From contig JANNRS010000054.1 in the NCBI GenBank assembly GCA_031401615.1, forward strand, positions 1 through 47,673: a stretch of 47,673 nucleotides of DNA, read 5' to 3'. Shown one piece after another: positions 14,268 to 20,877 of this stretch; positions within the stretch are counted from its first letter, which is position 1, and each line of letters starts with the position of its first letter. A program made the translations under genes and the position numbers. This stretch comes from Minisyncoccota bacterium. Lineage in GTDB: Bacteria > Patescibacteriota > Minisyncoccia > Phycocordibacterales > UBA9973. The notes under the pieces were generated by a model. The model was given only the letters and a program-made list of their open reading frames with translations. It was not told the origin of the DNA and did no database searches.

Positions 14268-14708
14268 ATGTTAAATGAAAAAAAAGAAGGGGGGCAAAAA
14301 ATACTAGAAAAAGATTTAAAGGTGGAAAATCTTTTTCTTAAACGAGAACTTGAAAAAGTAAAACCGCGACCAGTAGTGGATGTTAATTTGAAAGACCCTG
14401 GACCTACAGATTCTGAAAACAGAAAACTGTATGTGGCTCAGGTGGCTGGATTCCATAAAGATGTTATGGGTCATAAATTACTTCATCTGATTGCTGAATC
14501 AAGAAGTCAGTTTGAACAAATAGACAGAAATACCTACGGGTACAGTCAGGAACAATTTGATTTGATTCTTAAGGGAACTATCAATGCTTTGTGGCTCATC
14601 TACTCTTGGGGGGAAGATATGATAAATGAACAAATATCTAACCAACAGGAAGAGTTTGAAAATTTAACTGATGAGGAGAAGCAACGATTAAAAGATAAAC
14701 TTAATTAG
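14268..14708 (+). CDS. Head-module hypothetical protein (146 aa)
   Basis: Track ORF between portal and scaffold-like genes. Confidence 0.55.
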   Translation: MLNEKKEGGQKILEKDLKVENLFLKRELEKVKPRPVVDVNLKDPGPTDSENRKLYVAQVAGFHKDVMGHKLLHLIAESRSQFEQIDRNTYGYSQEQFDLILKGTINALWLIYSWGEDMINEQISNQQEEFENLTDEEKQRLKDKLN

Positions 14709-14710
14709 AA

Positions 14711-15346
14711 ATGGCAAAATATTTTGACGAAAACGGCGCTGAAGTGGAAGCTTTCTCTGAAGAAGAGTTAAAGGGGAAACAACAGGAAGCCATTGATGCT
14801 TACCTTAAGGACCATCCAGACCAAAGCCCTGATTTGAAAAAGGCTCAAGATGATTTAGTAGTCGCAACAGCTAAAATTAAAGAGATTGAAGAGGCTGGGG
14901 GAGGAAATAAGGACCAAAAAAATCGTCTTCTGAAAGAGAGGGATGAGGCTCTTATTAAAGTTGAAGAAATGAAAACTTCTCTGATGGGAGAAATCAAATC
15001 TCTTAGAGAAAATATCTATGGCAGTTCCAAAACTAAAGTTTTGGATAAACTTGCCGCTGGTGATGTGGAATTGAGAAAGAAGATTGAGTTTGAGTATGAC
15101 CAATTTAAAGATGAGCCAAAAAATGAAGTTGAAATTCAGCAGCGTTTAGTGAAGGCGTATACTCTTGCGAAGGGGTCGGCTCCGCAACAAAACTTTATGG
15201 ATAACATGGGTGGGGGTGGAAATAGAGGAGAAGGTACCCAACATAAAGTAGCCACAGGTGAAACTGATAACGGCAAGGCTATGAGGAAGGCTTTGGGAAT
15301 AAGTGATGAGGAAGCTAAAAAATATACTCCTCCCGCTACTCAGTAA
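14711..15346 (+). CDS. Scaffolding protein candidate (211 aa)
   Basis: Acidic, helical/coiled-coil composition (KIKEIEEAGGGNKDQKNRLLKERDEALIKVEEMK); position between portal and capsid genes. Confidence 0.5.
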   Translation: MAKYFDENGAEVEAFSEEELKGKQQEAIDAYLKDHPDQSPDLKKAQDDLVVATAKIKEIEEAGGGNKDQKNRLLKERDEALIKVEEMKTSLMGEIKSLRENIYGSSKTKVLDKLAAGDVELRKKIEFEYDQFKDEPKNEVEIQQRLVKAYTLAKGSAPQQNFMDNMGGGGNRGEGTQHKVATGETDNGKAMRKALGISDEEAKKYTPPATQ

Positions 15347-15370
15347 TTATAAAATAATCTTTTAACAGAA

Positions 15371-15973
15371 ATGAATAATGATGATAAAAATAAGTTGCCT
15401 CCAAATATCGGGGTAGCGACTCCAATTAAAAAAGAAGAACCACCTGTTCCGCAGACTCTCCAAGGTCCAGCTCCTGAGCCAGTACCTGAAACAGCTACTA
15501 AGAAAAAGACTGTTGAAGTTGATGCTGATGTTTTGGAAAAACTTGTTGGTGGTTATGAGAAGATGCAGCAAAAGATTGAGGATTTGACTCAAGCAGCTGA
15601 TGTTGGTCGTCTTACCAAGATTGAGCAATTAAGAAATCAAGGTAAGTTGGTGAAGAAGGCAAAGGTCAGTACTTATAAGGATAAGGTGGTGGTCGGATGG
15701 TTCTCTGTGAAGGATGATGTCTACCTTGATGAGCAAGGAAGAATCCATGAAGACCAGCAGGTTGAATTGGTGGTTGATGAAGGACTAGATGAGAATGGAA
15801 AACTCAAAACTTCTAGGCAAGGACCAATATCTTACAAAGATTTTGCCCGTCTAGTTTATAAGGTTGATTGTGAAGTGATAAAAGAATCAAGGGATAATGA
15901 TGGCGCTATCTTTTTCACTCTCCTCCATCCTTCTGGTAGAGAATACGAATTATCAATTAAGTATTTAAACTAA
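15371..15973 (+). CDS. Head-module hypothetical protein (200 aa)
   Basis: Track ORF; Pro-rich N-terminus; no recognised motif. Confidence 0.55.
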   Translation: MNNDDKNKLPPNIGVATPIKKEEPPVPQTLQGPAPEPVPETATKKKTVEVDADVLEKLVGGYEKMQQKIEDLTQAADVGRLTKIEQLRNQGKLVKKAKVSTYKDKVVVGWFSVKDDVYLDEQGRIHEDQQVELVVDEGLDENGKLKTSRQGPISYKDFARLVYKVDCEVIKESRDNDGAIFFTLLHPSGREYELSIKYLN

Positions 15974-15974
15974 A

Positions 15975-16487
15975 ATGTCAGAAGAGTTAAAGATAGAAGA
16001 AGGTATGCCAGAACAGTTTGTCGGTCCCAGAAAAGTTTTTACTGTTTCAGTTTCTGAGACATCAAAGACTAACGGTGGGAACGATGTGGTTGAGATTGAT
16101 TACGAGGGGGGTCTTAGAGAAATAATGTCAAAAAAAACTTTTGAAATTATTGTCAGTGACAAGCCTTGTGATTTGACTCAACTTCGTGAAAAAAGAATAG
16201 CTCCGCTCATCGCGCAGCTTATGGATGTGGTGGCGGAGAATGATATAAAGGCAGCTGATATTGAAACTGTAAAAGTCAGATTTGAAGGTGAACTTTACAA
16301 TTCATTTAATCGTGCGACTCATTACCTTTGGACTAAAGACGATGCTTCTTTTGCTCCAGGGTTTAATGTGGTCTCTGAGAGGTCTATCCTTGAGGCACAC
16401 CTTGTTGTTAGAAATGCTCCTAAAAATCAAAATGTTACAAAACCAGAAGGGGGAGAAGCAACTCCTAGCCAAGAAAACAAAGGATAA
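15975..16487 (+). CDS. Head-module hypothetical protein (170 aa)
   Basis: Track ORF, 1 nt after the previous stop. Confidence 0.55.
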   Translation: MSEELKIEEGMPEQFVGPRKVFTVSVSETSKTNGGNDVVEIDYEGGLREIMSKKTFEIIVSDKPCDLTQLREKRIAPLIAQLMDVVAENDIKAADIETVKVRFEGELYNSFNRATHYLWTKDDASFAPGFNVVSERSILEAHLVVRNAPKNQNVTKPEGGEATPSQENKG

Positions 16488-16653
16488 TCTTGGGGAATTG
16501 CATCCCCAGGAAATTGAGCTGATTTGGCTTGTTCGCCACGTTTATAGGTTTGGTAAGGTTGAGATTGAGACACGGGATGGCTTACCAGTGGATGTGGTCA
16601 AAACGATTGAAAGGACCAGGCTTGGAGAGTTTACTCGGTTATCCACAGGTTAG
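16432..16653 (+). CDS. Small YezD/DUF2292-like protein; start uncertain (ATG 16432, or TTG 16498)
   Basis: The C-terminal part of track ORF 16282..16653, IELIWLVRHVYRFGKVEIETRDGLPVDVVKTIERTRL, resembles the remembered DUF2292 pattern L..L.yGsV.I.vqDGkvvqIEktEk.rl. No canonical start lies after the upstream stop. Confidence 0.4.
   Translation: MLQNQKGEKQLLAKKTKDNLGELHPQEIELIWLVRHVYRFGKVEIETRDGLPVDVVKTIERTRLGEFTRLSTG
16639..16647 (+). promoter_or_regulatory. Perfect DnaA-box-type 9-mer TTATCCACA, 33 nt upstream of TATAAT 16681-16686
   Basis: Direct reading; lies in the last codons of the small ORF; TAGTATT follows 3 nt later, as at 9629. Confidence 0.55.
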
Positions 16654-16678
16654 TATTGTTAGCATATTGAGTTAATAG

Positions 16679-16686
16679 TGTATAAT
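16679..16686 (+). promoter_or_regulatory. Promoter-like octamer TGTATAAT heading the decoration/major-capsid unit (no -35)
   Basis: aatagTGTATAATtg; begins the 317-nt non-coding gap before 16970. Confidence 0.5.
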
Positions 16687-16969
16687 TGTGGTGTAGTTCC
16701 CTGAAAGCTACAAATTGTTAAGCCCACCGAAGAACGGCGGCTGTGATGGTTCACAAATTTTGTGGATTGTTGCGGTCGCTGTTCTTTTTGTAAGTGAACT
16801 TATGGACCTATAGAAATATGGCACTATAGGTTTGCTTACAATGCAAAGTCGGGGAGACAACCCTAGTTAACGAAACATTGCTTAGAAAAGTTACTGGCTT
16901 TTCTTCGGAGATTGAAACTCTGGTCAACAAACAAGCATTTTTAAAAAACAGTATTTAATCATAAAAAAA
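16687..16969 (+). promoter_or_regulatory. Long (about 280 nt) highly structured 5' leader / possible ncRNA upstream of the capsid genes
   Basis: Several stems were found by hand: gtagtt/agctac (about 16692), aagaacggcg/cgctgttctt enclosing cacaaa/tttgtg followed by a T-run, gtaagtgaac/gtttgcttac enclosing cctatag/ctatagg, and caatg/cattg. No ORF of 60 aa or more. Confidence 0.45.
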
Positions 16970-17386
16970 ATGTCATTTAGAGTATATAGAGGAAAGACTA
17001 AAGTCGTTCCTATGCCAGTAACTACTTCAACTGCTCTCGTAAGAGATACACTTGTTGAAGGAACTTCTGGTCGTATTGCAGGTGCTGATGCTGATGAAGT
17101 AGCGGCTGATATTCGTGGTGTATTGGTTAGAACTATCGCTTCTACTGATTCTGACTACGCTTCAGCTCGTCTTGTTGGTGTTAGAGTTCCAGTCGAAAGG
17201 CATGTTGTTTGGGAAGCAGATGCTACTGGCTTTACTGCTGGTGGTACTGATGAATTAGTAGAGTACGGTATTTCAGATTCTGGTACTGTTGACTTTGCTG
17301 AAACTACTGCGGATGCTTTCTTGGTTACAGAAGTTCTTTCTGCGACTAAGGTTCGTGGTTTCTTGAAGATTAACGGTGCTTATTAG
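16970..17386 (+). CDS. Head decoration / capsid-accessory protein candidate (138 aa)
   Basis: Small Ala/Thr/Val/Gly-rich ORF immediately upstream of the major capsid gene. This arrangement is typical of decoration proteins. The function is positional inference. Confidence 0.45.
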   Translation: MSFRVYRGKTKVVPMPVTTSTALVRDTLVEGTSGRIAGADADEVAADIRGVLVRTIASTDSDYASARLVGVRVPVERHVVWEADATGFTAGGTDELVEYGISDSGTVDFAETTADAFLVTEVLSATKVRGFLKINGAY

Positions 17387-17411
17387 TTTATAAATTAATT
17401 AACTTAATAGT

Positions 17412-18419
17412 ATGGAATTAAATATAAGTGTCCTCTCTGACTTTGTGAGAAATGCGGAAATATTGTGGTCTATGGGAAAAGATAGCGTTCCACAAGTAAT
17501 GAGAGGTTCTGGTCTTGTTAAAGAAATGCCAATACCACAACTTTCTGGTAACACCAGAGAGTTCTCTGAGATTGACCTTGAAGAGTATGCTTCAAGAAAG
17601 GGTGAAAGCGACCAGTCATCCCGCGCAAGAGTTCAACAGGGTTATTCAAAAACTGGAACTCTTTATCGTATTTCCAAGGATATTGGAATCTCATACGAAA
17701 TGAGAACTCAGGGTAAATACTTTGAGATTAAGCAGAAGCTTACTAATCTTGGTAAACTTGCTCCTAATCGTATTGACCTTGACCTTTCTCACCGACTTGG
17801 TTTCGGTTCGGCTACTACTTACTTGGATATGGATGGGGTAACTGTTGATATAACTGTCGGAGACACTCTGGCTTTGTATTCAACTGCTCATACTCTTCGT
17901 GGGTCTTCTACAACTTTCAGGAACATCCTCGCAAACAATCCTCAAGTATCTCGTGGTGCAGTTGAGGCTATGGAAAAAGTTAGGGTTGAAAACTGTTACA
18001 ACCAGTTTGGTCAGAAAATGTACATGGATGCAAACATCCTTTGGACAACTGATGACCCTAACAGCATCAACACTGTGAAGGAACTTTTGAGGTCTACCTC
18101 AAACCCAACACAGAACAACCAAGGTGTAGTCAATGCTTATCAAAATAAGTATACTCATGTTGCGTTGCCTCGTGTTGCTACTGATAAAGATGGTGCGCCT
18201 GACAGCACTAAAGCTAAAAGATGGGGTCTCGCTTCAACAGCATTCTCTACTCTTATGCTTGGTATGCACGAAGAAGCTCATCTTAAGTCGCCTGTTGCTG
18301 GTTCTAACGCAGAAGAATTTTCTACTGACGATTGGAACTTCGGAACTCGCGCGGGCTACATGATTGTAGTCGTCACTGCTGGTTGGATTACCGTATCTTA
18401 CGGAGACGGCACAGCATAG
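17412..18419 (+). CDS. Major capsid protein candidate (335 aa)
   Basis: Size and position after the scaffold/decoration genes; preceded by a strong promoter and leader, and followed by a stable UUCG hairpin; composition typical of structural proteins. Confidence 0.65.
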   Translation: MELNISVLSDFVRNAEILWSMGKDSVPQVMRGSGLVKEMPIPQLSGNTREFSEIDLEEYASRKGESDQSSRARVQQGYSKTGTLYRISKDIGISYEMRTQGKYFEIKQKLTNLGKLAPNRIDLDLSHRLGFGSATTYLDMDGVTVDITVGDTLALYSTAHTLRGSSTTFRNILANNPQVSRGAVEAMEKVRVENCYNQFGQKMYMDANILWTTDDPNSINTVKELLRSTSNPTQNNQGVVNAYQNKYTHVALPRVATDKDGAPDSTKAKRWGLASTAFSTLMLGMHEEAHLKSPVAGSNAEEFSTDDWNFGTRAGYMIVVVTAGWITVSYGDGTA

Positions 18420-18424
18420 CTCTT

Positions 18425-18440
18425 TAGCCCTTCGGGGCTA
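18425..18440 (+). terminator. Stable hairpin with UUCG tetraloop just after the capsid stop (attenuator/terminator candidate)
   Basis: tagccc-ttcg-gggcta. Further stems lie at ggctagg/cctagcc and cagagag/ctctctg in 18441-18540. No U-run follows. Confidence 0.45.
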
Positions 18441-18568
18441 GGTAAGGCGCTTTGGAAACAGAGTGTCGTCCCTAGCCTCCAAGGAGAGTATTAAAAATTA
18501 ATCGCGCATAGGGTTATCAGAGAGTTTCTCTCTGTAGGTAGGAGGTGGACTACTAGCGCCTAAAAATT

Positions 18569-19528
18569 ATGTCATCATTTAACTTGAATTCTGGTTACGG
18601 TCAGTTGTTAGCGAATAGAATGGGACACTATGGTCGCCATGGAAAGATTTTTATTGTAGGCAAATCAGCTCTTCCTTATAGAGATGTTTATAATGAAATC
18701 TTTGGTGTAGACCCAGATGGGAAAGAAAGATTTTTTGCGACTGTTGATGCTGCTATAGGAGCATGTACATCGGGCGCAGGAGATACTATCGTAGTACTAC
18801 CTGGTCATACTGAAACAGTCACAGCGACAAGTATTGCCCACGATGTAGCGGGTGTAGCGGTGATTGGTTTAGGTGAAGGTGACTTTAGACCAACCTTTAC
18901 TTTCGGTGCCGCAGCTGCAACCATTACGGTTTCTGCCGCGAATGGCGCTTGGAAGAATTGTAGATTTATAGCAAACTTTCTTGATGTGGCGAGTGCTTTC
19001 ACTCTTACCACTGCTACAGGGTTTGTCTGTGAAGGAAATGATTTCCTTGATACAAGTGCATCTTTGAACTTCTTGGTTGCAATAACTACTTCTGCCACAA
19101 ACAATCAGTCAGACGGTTTGAAGTTTATTAAAAATTATGTGTACTCTCTGGCAGCTACAACTGGCGCAGTGGTATCCATTCTTGCTAATGAACTCCGACT
19201 TGAAGTTTCTGACAACATTGTAGACAAAGCGGCTACAAACAATGCAGGACAACTTATTACTCTATCCTCTAAAATTGTTGGAGGTGTAAGGATAATGAGA
19301 AACATCCTCACTGTCACTGGCGCTGCGGGTACTACTGTGGGTATTCTCTTTACTGGTTCTGGTACTACCAGCTCTGGTATCTGTGCTTACAACCTCGTCA
19401 ACTCTTTAGACACCACTACAGCACTCCTTGCAACAGCGGGTACAAAAATCTCTTTCCAAGAGAACTATCTGTCTGGTGCGGTGGATGCTTCTGGTACTCT
19501 ATTCCCAGTTGCCGACAACCCAGCGTAA
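18569..19528 (+). CDS. Right-handed beta-helix (pectate-lyase-fold-like) structural protein (319 aa)
   Basis: FFATVDAAIGACTSGAGDTIVVLPGHTETV resembles the N-terminal cap motif of pectate-lyase-type beta-helix proteins. Repetitive Gly/Ala/Thr/Asn-rich coils follow. Confidence 0.55.
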   Translation: MSSFNLNSGYGQLLANRMGHYGRHGKIFIVGKSALPYRDVYNEIFGVDPDGKERFFATVDAAIGACTSGAGDTIVVLPGHTETVTATSIAHDVAGVAVIGLGEGDFRPTFTFGAAAATITVSAANGAWKNCRFIANFLDVASAFTLTTATGFVCEGNDFLDTSASLNFLVAITTSATNNQSDGLKFIKNYVYSLAATTGAVVSILANELRLEVSDNIVDKAATNNAGQLITLSSKIVGGVRIMRNILTVTGAAGTTVGILFTGSGTTSSGICAYNLVNSLDTTTALLATAGTKISFQENYLSGAVDASGTLFPVADNPA

Positions 19529-19534
19529 GGTTTG

Positions 19535-19575
19535 TGACCTCACTCTCTTCCTTTATGGGAGGAGGGATGGGGTCA
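19535..19575 (+). terminator. Hairpin after the beta-helix gene
   Basis: ctcttcc/ggaggag stem (one G-U pair) with a 6-nt loop, closed by an outer tgacc/ggtca stem. Confidence 0.4.
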
Positions 19576-19599
19576 TAATAAATAATCTAAAATAAATAT

Positions 19600-19989
19600 A
19601 TGCAAAGCAATTACATGATACATCCAATACGCTCTGCCCTCATTTTGACCAACTCTTATGTGGCTGGAACGGTATTGGGTCCAACAAACGGCAACCCTTC
19701 TGCTTATAACCAATTGGTAGTATATTGGGACTTTACTATAGGGTCTTTGACTTCAGGAGAATTAAAAATTGAATTTTCTCATGATGGTACAAATTATTAC
19801 CAGGAAACATTTAGTGCGGTTGCTGCTGGTACGAGTACTGATACTTCTGGAGTTCATACTGTAACTACGACTGGAAAGAGGAGACTTTCTATCCCGATTA
19901 AAGATAATTATATAAAAATTAGTGTTATAGGAACTGGAACTGTCACAAGTTCATCTTGTAAAGTTGATGCTATACTAGGTATAGTTTAA
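19600..19989 (+). CDS. Structural-module hypothetical protein (129 aa)
   Basis: Track ORF; beta-rich composition. Confidence 0.55.
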   Translation: MQSNYMIHPIRSALILTNSYVAGTVLGPTNGNPSAYNQLVVYWDFTIGSLTSGELKIEFSHDGTNYYQETFSAVAAGTSTDTSGVHTVTTTGKRRLSIPIKDNYIKISVIGTGTVTSSSCKVDAILGIV

Positions 19990-19999
19990 TTAAAAATAT

Positions 20000-20875
20000 A
20001 TGGCATTTGAAACAACCAAAGAGAATAAAATAAATCTCTCTGGTGATGCTGAGTTGAAAGAACTTGATAAACAAAAATCTGAAATAATACTTGATATTAG
20101 AGTTCTTGGGGCAAAACTGGAGGAAATGCAGGCTCAATTGGAGAGTTATTCAGATTTATCTGAAAAAAATTCTGAACTCAAATTGAGCATAGACCACTTC
20201 AGCTCTGAAGTGATAGATTTGTCGCGTGCTATAAAACAATTATCTGAGGATAAATTCAGACTTGAAAGTGAGATAAAAAAAAGAGAAGAGAAGATAAAAG
20301 AATTTGAAGATATAAGTTTGAACATTGAAAAAGCTAATGCCTCACTCAGTACTCTCCATGTGGAAATAAAATCTCTTGATGAAATAAAATACAAAAAAGA
20401 AAACAATTTAGATGAAGAACTAGAGTCTATTTTGGTTGATATAAATGTGGCTAAGGTTAATAAAGAAGGTATAGAGAGAGAATTGAATAATCTCAAAAAT
20501 GAAAGTCAAAAATTGGTGGACAGCAATAAAGATAAAACAGATATAATCCAAAAATTTGAACAAAGGATAATTGAGCTTTCTGATGAAATAAAACTGATGT
20601 TAGAAAGGGTTAAAACTATTGGTCAGGAATTGTTTAATCTTAAAAAGGAAAAAGAGAGTGTAGTTCTGGGTATCCAAGAAGAAAAAGAGAAAGCTCTTGA
20701 TGATATTAGCATCCTTCAAGATTCCTTGAATGAAAAGGAATTAGAACTTCAGAAAAGAGAGGGGGATGTGTCTGTTAGACAAGATATGTTGGATAGTCGT
20801 GCAACATATTTAAAAAATGCTAAAGCAAGATTGGAAAATTATCTTGGTAAGCAGATTGACTTAATTATTGAATAA
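20000..20875 (+). CDS. Coiled-coil protein (291 aa)
   Basis: Heptad-like Glu/Lys/Leu-rich sequence along its whole length. Confidence 0.6.
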   Translation: MAFETTKENKINLSGDAELKELDKQKSEIILDIRVLGAKLEEMQAQLESYSDLSEKNSELKLSIDHFSSEVIDLSRAIKQLSEDKFRLESEIKKREEKIKEFEDISLNIEKANASLSTLHVEIKSLDEIKYKKENNLDEELESILVDINVAKVNKEGIERELNNLKNESQKLVDSNKDKTDIIQKFEQRIIELSDEIKLMLERVKTIGQELFNLKKEKESVVLGIQEEKEKALDDISILQDSLNEKELELQKREGDVSVRQDMLDSRATYLKNAKARLENYLGKQIDLIIE

Positions 20876-20877
20876 AT

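Noticed and set aside
16282-16487. Programmed frameshift joining 15975..16487 to the downstream YezD-like frame
   Set aside because: It would need a +1 (not -1) shift, and I see no slippery heptamer or stimulatory stop-codon context at the overlap. An independent start (ATG 16432 or TTG 16498) is simpler. This is left open as a low-probability alternative.
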